From positions 55,572,000 through 55,635,999 of the forward strand of contig NC_057719.1 in the NCBI RefSeq assembly GCF_004010195.1: 64,000 nt of DNA, in the 5' to 3' direction. Position numbers and translations under genes: made by a program. This document shows positions 12,586 through 24,704 of the stretch, piece after piece (within the stretch, counting starts at the first letter, position 1; every line of letters begins with the position of its first letter). A model generated the notes under the pieces. It worked only from the letters and a program-made list of their open reading frames with translations, was not told the origin of the DNA and made no database searches. This DNA is from Chiloscyllium plagiosum (lineage: Eukaryota).

Positions 12586-13399
12586 TACAATAGCTCAGCA
12601 CTGCATTCCAATTGGGGGCAAGCTGAAGTTTGTAAGCCGAACAAGCCTCCCATACCTAGTTTAGAGCATTCCTTCTTATGTTCAACCTGTTTGTCAGTGG
12701 AAATGAGACAAATTCAGCTTTGTGGCAGATTCAATTGCAGAAATTGATAAACTACAACAAAGCATCAGTAGGAAAAGCAAAAGTGTACACTACCAGTCAT
12801 TCTTTTGAAAGCTGTACTTCTGTGAGCACAAAGGGGTAGAGACTTTTTGCTCTTAATCTCCCTCCTTCATCTCTCAACAAAAGAAAGTAATGATTCCCTT
12901 GTCCTCATCTTCCATCACTACCACTTGTCATATATGTTTGATTAACATCTATCATCTAATATTGCAACAATGAACAACTATGCATAACATGTTTAACACA
13001 GAATTCACACTGAGCCAAAGATAGATGCTTTATGGAGAGTGGCCAAAAGCTTGACAAATGATTTATTTTAAGTAAGGGCTTAAAGTAGAAGAGCAATTAT
13101 GTCAACTGGAATGTTCAAATTAGGACTTATAGAGTATGGCGCATAAGCGGCTGAAAACACATGCACTAAAATTGGGGTTTAAGGGTAGGCTGGATATAAA
13201 GGAGCAGTTTAAAAATAGTATGCTCAGGAGAGAACATAGTAGGACTGGAGTCATTTTCAGAGATATTGGTATTGAAATGTAGTAGGAGGACTGAAGTACA
13301 TGGATGACAATTTCAAAGTTGAGTTGGCCATATCCAGGACCAATATCAGCTAGCCAGCATGCAGAATAGTATGTTTTGTATCCTAAAATCATGATATTC

Positions 13400-13910
13400 A
13401 AACTTAACTACCAGGACACTTAAAGAGCGACTAATGAACATAAAGGATCCATTAGATACCACTGGCAAAATTAACTTCATTTATAAGATAACATGCAAGA
13501 ACTGTAAAAAACACTACATCAGGCAAACTAGCAGGAAACTTGCCACCAGGATACATGAACACCAACTGGCCACCTAAAGATATGACCCACTATCACTAGG
13601 CAAAGAAGGCCAGCACTTTGACTGGGACAACACACACAGGTGAAACAAAGACACGCACAATAATTCTTAGAGGCATGGCATTCTAACCTGAACTTCATCA
13701 ATAAACACATTGATTTAGACTCTATCTACTTTCCCTTGAAAAGAACCGGAAATGACATCACCCACCTGAAGAAACCAAGACCTATAAATAGAGAGGCGGG
13801 ACATACCACCAGCGCTTCACCACAGACTCTCACTGATGGTGTTACCTATTTTGGTGTTGAAACATCTGTAAACAAACCTTCAAGCTCAGTGAACAAACTT
13901 ACATACTTTT
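13400..13910 (+). mobile_element. Penelope-like element 3' end (GIY-YIG remnant + terminal repeat)
   Basis: Encodes HYIRQTSRKLATRIHEHQLA..HFDWDNT..FLEAWHSN..INKHIDLD. A degenerate hammerhead cactgatggtgttacc..ggtgttgaaacatctg follows at 13831-13868. Confidence 0.8.
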
Positions 13911-14477
13911 CAAACTTAATACTTTGGTAATCTGCAGCCCTCTGATCTGAATTTTGGCAATTTGACATTAGTAATCCCTTGCCTTTCATCAAACAGTAAG
14001 TAGATGTGGTTTTTAGTGTATCTTTTGCCCAGGGTAATAGAGTAGATTAACATTTGTAATGACTGGTCATCTTTTAGACAAGACAGCCCAAGCTTATAAT
14101 GGGAATATTTTGCTTCTGTTCTTGCAAATGATTTTCTTTTTGGTTTTCATTTTCTACTTTAATTTCACAGCTTCTTCATTTATGGCTTGTTTACCCTCTC
14201 TTTCGCCTTTAAGTTTCTCATGTTGCTGAGTCCCCATCCCGCAATCTTTTCGTATTGCTTAATTGTTTTTTGTCCCTGTATCACCTAATGTGTGTTAAGC
14301 AGTTTGCATGTCATTTAATCCATATTTTCCATCTCTGTGATAGGTGGGTCTGGTGATTTGCTCTCTCATCATATTTCTCACCACCTTATTCAAATCCTGA
14401 TTTGGAAGTGCCAGTGTTGGACTGAGGTGGACAAAGTTTAAAATCACACACCAGGTTACAGTCCAAAAGGTTCTTTT

Positions 14478-14777
14478 TAGATTAGATTACCTACAGTGTG
14501 GAAACAGGCCCTTCAGCCCAACCAGCCCTCTGAAGAGTAACCCACCCAGACCCATTTCCCTCTGACTAATGCACCTAACCGATGGGTAATTTAGCATGGC
14601 CAATTCATCTGACCTGCACATCTTTGTGGGAGGAAACCGGAGCACCCGGAGGAAACCCACACAGACACGGGGAAAATGTGCAAACTCCACAGAGACAGTC
14701 ACCCGAGGCTAGAATTGAACCTGGGAGCTGGTACTGTGAGGCAACAGTGCTAACCACTGAGCAACCGTGCCACCCCT
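14478..14777 (-). mobile_element. HE1-type SINE
   Basis: (attag)n tail, acagtgtggaaacaggcccttc, gtgggaggaaaccggagcacccggagg and a tRNA-like head. Confidence 0.9.
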
Positions 14778-14989
14778 AGCTGGTACTGTGAGGCAACAGT
14801 GCTAACCACTGAGCAACCGTGCCACTCCTAGCTGGTACTGTGAGGCAACAGTGCTAACCACTGAGCAACCGTGCCACCCCTAGCTGGTACTGTGAGGCAA
14901 CAGTGCTAACCACTGAGCAACCGTGCCACACCTAGCTGGTACTGTGAGGCAACAGTGCTAACCACTGAGCAACCGTGCCACACCTAGCT
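14726..14989 (-). repeat. Tandem repeat, 5 x 52 bp, made of the SINE tRNA-derived head
   Basis: The unit agctggtactgtgaggcaacagtgctaaccactgagcaaccgtgccac(c/t/a)cct starts at 14726, 14778, 14830, 14882 and 14934. Confidence 0.95.
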
Positions 14990-15527
14990 TTTGAAGTGCT
15001 GCTGCTTCATCAGGTTGTTGTGGAGCAGAATCATAAGACACAGACTTTATAGCAACAGGATTGCAGTGTCATGGAATGTAAGATGAAACAAATTTATCTT
15101 AAGTCTTTAATCTTTTAGAATGATCATGTTAGTTTTGGTTCCTTCATATGTAAATCCCAGAACTATTCAAATCCTGTTTGTATTTCAGTTCTGACAAGAG
15201 CTTTAAATTCCTTTTTTTTCTTTCACAGACACAAACCAACATATCAGAATTTTAAGTATTTCCTTTGCACCTAAATACCTGTGTTGTTTTAATTGTCTTT
15301 TAGCTCCCAGATGTTAGATATAATCACATTTTAGGTGTGGAAAAGTTGAGGCAGAAAATCAAAGTCAAAATAGAAAATATTCAGGGAGAACATTAAAATC
15401 TCCAAATTGTCTCAATTTATAAATTCAAAGACTTGGGATGAGATGGGTTAGTGATAACCATAATTCTATAAACAAATAATAATAATAATCAGAATGTCAG
15501 AAAAAGAAACAAATGTGGAGGGATATC

Positions 15528-15757
15528 AGAATCACGGAATTCCTATGGTGTGAAAAGAGGCCATTTAGCCTATCAGGTTTACACCAACCCTCTGAAGAAC
15601 ATTCCACCTAAACCCAGCCCCTTACCTTATCCCCATAAAGTTGCATTTACCATGGCCAGTCCACCTAACCTGCACAACTTTGGACTGTGGGAGGAAACTG
15701 GAGCAGAAATCCATGCAGACAGGCACACGGTCTAACTACTGCGCCACCATGCCACAC
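15528..15757 (-). mobile_element. HE1-type SINE (internally deleted)
   Basis: catggccagtccacctaacctgcac..tttggactgtgggaggaaactggagc. Confidence 0.75.
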
Positions 15758-16726
15758 TGATTGTCCTGGTGGCTGAAATAAAGGTTTTGTATTTGATTGA
15801 TGGGAAAAAAATGTATTGTTTATGAGTCAGAAGGACTTAGCAGGAGAGAAAATGCAGGATCTCATGGAAGATGGACCTAAGGCTATGTCCTCCCAGGTGT
15901 TTTGTAGCCTATTCTAATAACAGGTAAATAGTTGCAGAGAAGCAATAAACTACATCTTGTTTGCTATACAAGCCTCTTTGTGTTAAACCAGAGGATAGTG
16001 GACCATACACCATTTAAAGATCCCACGCACCAAGAAGATATAGTTCACAACACACACAATCCTCTACAGTCTGGATTGCTTGGAACTAAGTCATCCCTGA
16101 ATTCAGAATTCTATGGACCATAGAATGGCATTAGAATGTCTAGCCACGTGTGTGTGAAGTGGAAAACATGGTGGACATAAAAAATTGCCAGAAACACGGA
16201 ATGGTGGTAAAATATTATCAAGTAGAACTAAACATTTATTTTACTTATCAAAGCATTGCACTAACATGATGCAGATGACACTGAGGAATGTTTAAGTCTA
16301 ATCAAAAAATTTCAGACAATTGATCTTTCTCAACAATAGATTTCCTGACAAGAGAGGTTATGGTGTATCTGCGAACTGGAGAGAGCAATCATAAAGTATT
16401 TGTATCAATACTGACTGGGACCTTCACAATTATGTGGGCTCTTATATTCGTTTCTGCAGTTTTCCCTCCAAAATCCTGAAAGTGATTTTCATCCCTTCTT
16501 GCACACTGACAGTCAGTGCATCTGGACAGAGATACATGTATCACTTTATTTGCAGTACTAACAAAACCTAAATCTGATGTGTTCAGAAATATCATACTTC
16601 TGCCAAATTAACAGCTGCATGGCTCTAAGCAGCTGATTTTCTTGCTGGGCATCTTGGCTACATAATACTGTATAAAACAATTACACTCCACAGAACCCCT
16701 GTTCTTGTTTTATAAACTTTTTTTCC

Positions 16727-17070
16727 CGAGGAGGATGTGATAGTATAATTGCTAGAATATTAATCCAGAGACCCAGATAATGTTCTGAGGACAAGGGTTT
16801 AAATCTGACCATGACAGATAGTGAAATTTGAAATCTGTAAAAGTCTGGAATTAACAGGCTAATGATCCATTGCTGAGTGTCAGAAAAATCCATCCAATTC
16901 ACTAATGTCCTTTAGGGAAGGAAACTGCCATCCTTACCTGGTCTGGTTCACATGCAATTCCAGACCCATAGCAATGTGGTTGATGCTAAAACTGCCCTCT
17001 GGGCAATTAGGGATGGGCAATAAATGCTGGCCTAACCACAGGTGCCCACATCCCATGAAGAAATGAATAA
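16727..17070 (+). mobile_element. Second tRNA-derived SINE family sharing its 3' tail with the CR1/L2-group LINE
   Basis: Degenerate A/B-box head, body cactaatgtcctttagggaaggaaactgccatccttacctggtctgg and tail gggcaattagggatgggcaataaatgctggcc..gcccacatcccatga. Confidence 0.7.
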
Positions 17071-17224
17071 GGAAATGGCTGTTTCCAAGGAACAAAGAAT
17101 GCAACAAGCAACATCACCTCAGTAATCAGCTGTCCTTTCTTACATGCAACTGAATCTGTCCTGAGAGCAATGCTGCCTTCAGCTGTTTATGAACAGCAGG
17201 GGAGTCTAGGCCTATACTTTGTAC

Positions 17225-17500
17225 AGTTTAAGGATATATGGTAGGCCATTTAGTACACCGATGAGGAGAGGTTTATTGACACAGAGAGTGGTGAACCTGT
17301 GGAATTCTCTGCCACAGAAAGTAGCTGAGGTCAAAATGCTGAGTGTTTCAAGAAGGAGTTAGACATAGTTCTTAGGGGTAAAGAGACCAAAGCATATGGG
17401 GAGAAAACTGGAACAGGGCACTGAGTTGGATGATCAACATGATGACATTAAATGGTGGAGCAGGCTAAATGGTCTATTTCTGCTCTTATTTTCTATATTT
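17225..17500 (+). mobile_element. CR1 LINE 3' fragment
   Basis: acagagagtggtgaacctgtggaattctctgccacag encodes QRVVNLWNSLPQ. Confidence 0.8.
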
Positions 17501-17699
17501 GTTTATATGATGTGATATACTTATGAATATAGCAATGTTATTCATATAGAGAGTTGGTGGATGCCCTCCCCTCACCCACACACCCCGCCTCTCCACTCAG
17601 ACCTCTATGATACCAGCATAAAATAATAATGTTGATACAGTAAAGTCAAATAAGCTATTTTCACAGGGTGCACTGGCACGGGTTCAGACTGTGTACATA

Positions 17700-18830
17700 G
17701 GCTCCTCTTAGAGAATGTGGCTGGAACGATAACAATAGGGAGTCAAGAATTGGCAGAGGAATTGAATAAATACGTTGCATTAGTCATCCCAGTCGAATAT
17801 ACTAATACCATTCCGAAAATATTAAATTATCAAGGTGAGAGAAGGGAATGAGAGGAACACTGCAATAACTATAAATAAAGAGAAAGTATTATGTAATTGA
17901 ATCAGTGCTGGGGTAACAAAAATATATAACACTGACTTGGATGAGGAAAGTGAATGTGGCATCATCAAGTTTGGAGATGGCATAAAAATGGCGAGAAGGC
18001 AAGTGGTGAAGGTGACACAAAGAGTCTACAAAGAGGTATAGACAAGTAAGTGAGCAAAAAATTGGCAGATGTAATATAATATGGAAAAATATGATCTTAT
18101 GCACTTTGGAAGGAAGAACAGAGGAACTGAGTACTATATAAATAGAGAAATGCAATTAGTGAAAGACTGCAGAAAGCTATAGCACAGAAGGATTTGGGAT
18201 TCTCATGCATAAATCACAAAAAGCTACCTTATTCATTCAGCAAATAATAGGGGAGGCAATGAGAATGTTGATCTTCATTTCAAATGCACTAGTTAGACCA
18301 CACCTGTAAGACTCGAAATTGTTTTGGGTCCCTTATCTAAGGACAGCTGTACTGGAAATAGAGGCATTCTGCAGTAGCTAACTAGGGTTTATCCTGGGTA
18401 TGGGGGTGGGGGGAGGGAAATTTCCCATGAGGAGAGAGTGAGTAGTTTGAGTTATAATTATTGGAGTTGAAAAAAATGAGCGACAGCCTTACTCAAAATA
18501 CTTACGGGCTTAACAGGGTAGATGCCTTGGACTAGAGGGCATAATCCCAGAGTGAGGGGTTGTCCATTTAAGAAAGAGATGAGAAGGATTATTTTCGCTC
18601 AGAAGGTAATGAATGTGTGGGATTCTTTACTGCAGCAGGTGTTGGGACCAGCTTGTTCAATATATTCAAGGCTGAGATAGACATTTTTTTTGTAAGTAAG
18701 GGAATCAAGATTAGCAGATAAAGATGAGAAAATCAAGTTGAGGATTATCAGATCAGTCATAATCTCACTAAATGTCAGAGCAGTCTTGCTGGGCTCTTAT
18801 GCCTACTTTTGCTCCTATGTCTTATGGTCA
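17700..18830 (+). mobile_element. Decayed CR1 LINE ORF2/3' UTR
   Basis: ELAEELNKY, WQM.YNMEK, ctagttagaccacacctg (LVRPHL) and RGHNPRVRG motifs, ending in a tcttatggtc tail. Confidence 0.7.
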
Positions 18831-19944
18831 ATGCTACTGCAGTGTATACAGACTTGGTCCGACCTTAGCACATGATCTAGATTACTTTAATATGCAACTA
18901 AGTGAAACCTAATGGCTTTCTTGAATCAGCTGATGAATGCTGCATCCACTCAGTTTCTAGTCTTCAAGAAAATCACTCTTTCCCAAACATAATTTTCTCA
19001 CACCTGCAAGTCGTGTGGATTTAGTGGTTGCTTAGGACACCTGGATGGTTTGAATATTTGCTGCTGTTAAAGCAGCATTTTAGCTACACAAACAATAAAA
19101 TAAGTTTTTGTCTTCTGGGCAACACTCACAATACCTACTCCTGTTCTGCTCAGCATTGCTGGTACAGTGCCATACTTTTATTACTATTATTAAGGGTAGC
19201 TAGGCTGATGATTGCTTTGGCACTTTACCTGAATAACATGGGAAGTGCCATTACTGAGATTCTGTGGGCCTATTTCCTAGTCAGGTTGCACAAACAGCTG
19301 CTAATTCTTTGCTGTGTCAGTAGTATTTCCAACACCTTTGAAGCTGAGAATTAGCCTCTGTTGTTCAAAGGCTTTAGCTCTTAAAGCAAGCAGATGCTTA
19401 CCTATTTACTAACATCACAGAGCAAATATTTGCGCACTGTCTGTATTGCACTGAGAGATCAATTGCACTTAGTTATTTGTTCATACTTTAAAGCTACAAT
19501 GTCCCAGTTTCCAAAGAGACTACCTGAAAGAAAATCTGTTAGCAGTCTGGCTCACAGTATCATGGTACCAATAATTGATTTTGGTGTGACCAAAATATTT
19601 TGGCAATTATCTCCATATGACAATTACATATAACATATAACATACAACTAATTAGTTTGCAAGTGCAGCAGGTATTTCAAAGGCAAATGGAATATTGTCC
19701 TCCATTACTAGAAGAATGGAGTTTAAAAACAGGGAGGTTATACTGCAGCTGTATAAGGTGCTCGTGAGGTCACACCTGGAGTACTGCATGCAGTTTTGGT
19801 CTCCTTACCTGAGAAAGGATGGACTAGCACGAGAGGGAGTACAGAGGAGGTAAAAACAATGACTGCATATGCTGGAAACCAGATTCTGGATCAATGGTGC
19901 TGGAAGAGCACAGCAGTTCAGGCAGCATCGAGGAGCTTCAGCAA

Positions 19945-19980
19945 AATCGACGTTTCGGGCAAAAGCCCTTCATCAGGAAT
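19945..19980 (-). ncRNA. Minimal hammerhead ribozyme motif (family A)
   Basis: attc-CTGATGA-a-gggc-tttt-gccc-GAAA-c-GTC-gatt, with intact core and stem II. Confidence 0.75.
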
Positions 19981-20018
19981 AAAGACAGAGAGCCTGAAGC
20001 GTGGAGAGATAAGCTAGA

Positions 20019-20815
20019 NNNNNNNNNNNNNNNNNNNNNNNNNNNNNNNNNNNNNNNNNNNNNNNNNNNNNNNNNNNNNNNNNNNNNNNNNNNNNNNNNN
20101 NNNNNNNNNNNNNNNNNNNNNNNNNNNNNNNNNNNNNNNNNNNNNNNNNNNNNNNNNNNNNNNNNNNNNNNNNNNNNNNNNNNNNNNNNNNNNNNNNNNN
20201 NNNNNNNNNNNNNNNNNNNNNNNNNNNNNNNNNNNNNNNNNNNNNNNNNNNNNNNNNNNNNNNNNNNNNNNNNNNNNNNNNNNNNNNNNNNNNNNNNNNN
20301 NNNNNNNNNNNNNNNNNNNNNNNNNNNNNNNNNNNNNNNNNNNNNNNNNNNNNNNNNNNNNNNNNNNNNNNNNNNNNNNNNNNNNNNNNNNNNNNNNNNN
20401 NNNNNNNNNNNNNNNNNNNNNNNNNNNNNNNNNNNNNNNNNNNNNNNNNNNNNNNNNNNNNNNNNNNNNNNNNNNNNNNNNNNNNNNNNNNNNNNNNNNN
20501 NNNNNNNNNNNNNNNNNNNNNNNNNNNNNNNNNNNNNNNNNNNNNNNNNNNNNNNNNNNNNNNNNNNNNNNNNNNNNNNNNNNNNNNNNNNNNNNNNNNN
20601 NNNNNNNNNNNNNNNNNNNNNNNNNNNNNNNNNNNNNNNNNNNNNNNNNNNNNNNNNNNNNNNNNNNNNNNNNNNNNNNNNNNNNNNNNNNNNNNNNNNN
20701 NNNNNNNNNNNNNNNNNNNNNNNNNNNNNNNNNNNNNNNNNNNNNNNNNNNNNNNNNNNNNNNNNNNNNNNNNNNNNNNNNNNNNNNNNNNNNNNNNNNN
20801 NNNNNNNNNNNNNNN
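20019..20815. other. Assembly gap (797 N)
   Basis: Run of n. Confidence 1.
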
Positions 20816-23199
20816 GTCCAGGAGGGGGAGGGAGGTGTCAGAGATGGTCCAGGTAAATTTAAGGTCGGGGTGGAATGTGTTGGTGAAGTTGATGAATTGC
20901 TCAACCTCCTCGCGGGAGCATGAGGTGGCGCCAATGCAGTCATCAATGTAGCAGAGGAAGAGGTGGGGAGTGGTGCTGGTGTAATTACGGAAGATCAACT
21001 GCTCTACGTAGCCAACAAAGAGACAGGCATAGCTGGGGCCCATACGCGTGCCCATGGCTACCCCTTTGGTCTGGAGGAAGTGGGAGGATTCAAAGGAGAA
21101 ATTGTTAAGGGTGAGGACCAGTTCAGCCAAATGAATGAGAGTGTCGGTGGAAGGGTACTGTTGGGGACGTCTGGAGAGGAAAAAGCAGAGGGCTTCGAGG
21201 CCCTGGTTATGGCAGATGGAGGTGTAGAGGGATTGGATATCCATGTTGAAGATGAGGCGTTGAGGGCCGGGGAAACGGAAGTCTTGGAGGAGGTGGAGGG
21301 CGTGGGTGGTGTCTCGAACGTATGTGGGGAGTTCATGGACTAGGGGGGGATAGGACAGTGTCGAGGTAGGTAGAGATGAGTTCAGGGGGGCAGGAGCATG
21401 CTGAGACAATGGGTCGGCCAGGGTGGTCAGGCTTGTGGATCTTGGGAAGGAGGTAGAACTGGGCAGTGCAGGGTTCCCGGACTATGAGGTTGGGAGCTGT
21501 GAGTGGGAGATCTCCTGAGGTGATGAGGTTTTGTGTGGTCTGGGAGATGATGATTTGGTGGTGGGGGGTGGGGTCATAGTCGAGGGGGCAGTAGGAAGAG
21601 GTGTCCTCGAGTTAGCGTTTGGCTTCAGCGGTGTAGACGTCAGTGCGCCAGACTACCACTGCGCCCCCTTTATCCGCTGGCTTAATGGTGAGGTTGGGAT
21701 TGGAGCAGAGGGATTGGAGGGCTGCGCGTTGTGAGGGTGAGAGGTTGGAGTTGGGGAGGGGGGTAGACAGGTTGAAGCGGTTAATGTCCCGGCAGCAGTT
21801 GGAAATGAAGAGGACGAGGACAGGTAACAGGCCAGCGCGGGGTGTCCAGGTGGATGCAGTGTGTTGGGGTGGGCGAAGAGGTCCTCGGAAGGTGTGCGGG
21901 AGTCCTGATAGTGAAAGTAAGCTCGGAGGCGGAGGCGACAGAAAAATTGTTCGACGTCACAGCGTGTATTCAATTCATTAATGCGTGGACGGAGGGGGAT
22001 GAAGGTGAGTCCTTTGCTGAGGACTAATCGTTCGTCCTCAGTGAGGTGGGGGGCATGTCAGCAGAATGCAGGTGAGTGGCGCTGGTGGGGGTGGAAGTGG
22101 TGGTGACAACGGCAGTAGGGTGGCGAAAGTCACTAAGCATGTGGCATCAGCGATGATGTGAAGGGCGGAAGTGATGTCACATGTGATGCATGAGGAATTG
22201 TGAGGGGTGGAAGTGGTTGTGGGAGTGGCCATGATGGGGGCAGAAGTGACATCATCAATGAGCGTGGGGGTGCCAGCTGCATCAGCCGCATGGCTAATGG
22301 CGTCTGAGTAGATTCTGAGGCCAGGGGAATCTTCTGGAATGTTTGAGGAGTGCTGGTTATGGAGTACAGAGGAGATTCACTAGGTTGAATCTGAAGTCGA
22401 GAGGGTTGGATTATGAGGAGAAATTGAGGAGACTGGAATTATACTCATTGAAATTTAGAAGAATAAAGGCAGGATCTTGTAAAAACATATACAATTATGA
22501 AGAAATAGATGTTAGAAGCAGAAGGTTGTTTTCACTGGCGGGTGAAGCTAGAACTGGGGGAGGGTGGTGGTGGTGGTGGGGGGGGAGTGGGGGGAGAGGC
22601 ATAGCCTCAAAGTAAGCAGGATCAGACTTCGAACTGAGTTGAGGAGGAACTTCTTCACCCGAAAGATTGTGAATCTGTGAAATTGCCTGCCCAATGAAGC
22701 AGTTGAGGCTACTTCATCGAATGTTTTCAATGTGAAGATAGATTTTTGAACAGAAAAGGAATTAAGGGTTATGGAGAACGGTTAGGTAAGTGGAAAAGAT
22801 CAGCTATGGGTCCTATTGAACAGCAGAACAGGCTTAATGGGGCAGACGGCCTGCTCCTGCTCCTAGTTCTTATGTTTTTATCTTTTATTTACTTACGAAA
22901 TTCTGGAGCTACTATGACTGCGTAATTCGTTCAATTCATGGCATAATTTTGTCATGCAGGCAGGAAACAAGAACTGACATTTGCTTTTCACTCAGAAGCC
23001 CAAATCCCTGGTAGGAAACAGCCTAAAGTTAAGATTTCCATGGGGTGACAGCTTAAATGATATTTCGACAGTGTTCCTGTCTAGTGACAGTCAGTGGGGG
23101 TTGGAAGCAGAGGCAGATCAAATGAAGTGTGGGATTGTTTAATTGAGTTACCTCACAATCACTTACATACCCCTCCACCTAAGTCTGAGTGGCTCAGTT

Positions 23200-23760
23200 G
23201 AAATGTTGTGAAATGAGGAGTTTCCTGTCCTTCCTGGCATTTCCATAACATTTCATGCACTACTTTGTGCCCTTTCATCCAACTGGGCATTATGCCAAAG
23301 GGTTTCACCCAATTGCTGGATTCCCTCAAGTACCATGCACACATCAATTGCACTCATGTGGCCATCAGTGACTGGCCAATGAGATCCATCATCAGCCAGG
23401 GCTTTCACTCCTTCAGTGTCCAACTGGTCTGTGAGCAAAGCAAGAGCTTTTTTCCTGGCTGCTGCAGTTACTGTGTCATCACTCTTAAAATCTGCTTCCA
23501 AGTCATCTCAGCTGCTATATACCTTGTCTGCTTCCAGGGCTTCGCAATCCTCAGGACACAAACACCTCTGAATATTCATGTTATGGAGAACCGCCATCAT
23601 GATAGTGACTCCCGCAACAGTGTGCAGAATGGCACCACACAGCTGGTCCAGACACAAGTATCACAGCTTCAGAGGCTGAACAACTTACACAGAGGTTCAG
23701 CTCTTGCTGAACCATGTGGGAGTGAAAGTCATACCTGTTGATGAATCTCACTGGCCAGTC
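23200..23760 (+). mobile_element. PIF/Harbinger transposase remnant
   Basis: ORF 23265-23741 contains INCTHVAI..SQGFHSFSVQLVCE..FPGCC, matching the HARBI1-family IDCTHVAI..RKGFHSLNVQLVCD..PGS motifs. The catalytic Asp reads Asn here. Confidence 0.7.
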
Positions 23761-24166
23761 ATATGAGTGACATTGATGTTGTACTGTACTTCGAGGAATG
23801 AAGGCAATGGAGGCAAAACCCTTCAGCTCTGCCAACCTGTGACCATCGTGAACTGACTGGACATTCTAGCTCTGGTATAGTGGGTGATGATGTGTGAAAC
23901 ATATTGACGTACTGCTGCTTAAATAGTGCCTCTAAGGTTACCATTACAGGATCCATTACAGGAACTGAAAACAAAAATGTTCCCGACTATAGTGACAAAG
24001 ACAGCTGCTGGCAAGGTATGGCAGCATTATCACAAGTGTAAGGTCTTTGTGGCCTGTTCACAAATGGTCTGGCTGTAAAGTCACAGTTTCAGCCACATGG
24101 AATTTTGGTCATGTCCGGGCAGCTCCATTATTGCCAGCAGATTTAGGTATACATCCTCTGTTATCT

Positions 24167-24349
24167 CAGGCAGCATCTGAGGAGCAGGAGGATCAACATT
24201 TCGAGCATAAGCTCATCAGGATTCCTGATGAAGAGCTTATGCCCGAAACATCGATTTTCCTGCTCCTCAGAAGCTGCCTGACCTGCTGTGCTTTTCTAGC
24301 ACTATACTCTCGACTCTGATCTCCAGCATCTGCAGTCCTCACTTTCTCC
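24167..24349. mobile_element. Penelope terminal-repeat fold-back insert with hammerhead motifs
   Basis: attcCTGATGAagagcttatgcccGAAAcatcg at 24221-24253 with an inverted partial copy upstream. Flanked by catcctctgtt repeats. Confidence 0.75.
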
Positions 24350-24704
24350 CATCCTCTGTTGTCTGCCTGTCCATTATCTCTCTCTTTTGCTGCCTGAGTG
24401 TCTGCCTTTCCTATGGACAGTGTTTATTATCCCTCACTGACACCAGGCTTATTACCTGACAGCCATCTCCTCAGTGAAAGCTGACCACATCCATTTTGAG
24501 TACATGCCCAGCCAATTGTCCTGGGCAGCTATCCCCCCTTCCTCTATCCCCATGATGCCAGGTGAGTGATGACCAAGTTCAGTACCTGAGCACTGAGAGC
24601 TCCCTTCTCATGCCACCTGCACAGTGCTGAGCATCCGTTTTCCAAATGTTGAGTCCCTCTTTGCCCTGCTCACCTTTCAAGAGGCCTGGGCGATTTTCTG
24701 AGTA

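Larger units (their letters stand above)
14398..15170 (-). mobile_element. Penelope terminal repeat/3' UTR split by an HE1 SINE
   Basis: gatttggaagtgccagtgttggactg..aaaatcacac..ccaggtta (14399-14472) resumes at ctagcttttgaagtgctgctgcttcatcagg (~14984). Confidence 0.7.
19850..22360 (-). mobile_element. Penelope-like retroelement (5'-truncated, spans assembly gap)
   Basis: RT motifs DIQSLYTSI, GVAMGTRMGPSYACLFVG and YIDDCI, with upstream FFCRLRLRAYF. 3' terminal repeat with hammerhead at 19850-20018. 14-bp TSD ggagtacagaggag at 19836-19849 and 22361-22374. Confidence 0.9.
19650..22875 (+). mobile_element. CR1 LINE 3' part split by a Penelope insertion (LINE sequence at 19650-19849 and 22361-22875)
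   Basis: LYKVLVRSHLEYCMQFWSPYLRK on the left continues as GVQRRFTRL..YEEKLRRLELYSLKFRR on the right. Confidence 0.85.

Noticed and set aside
14726..14989. CRISPR-like array
   Set aside because: Units are contiguous with no unique spacers, derive from a SINE head, and lie in eukaryotic DNA with no cas genes.
19894..20946. Long ORFs of 320 and 310 aa, and the full 478-aa length of 19973-21409
   Set aside because: Lengths are inflated by the N gap. Only 20816-21409 on the minus strand is real RT coding sequence.
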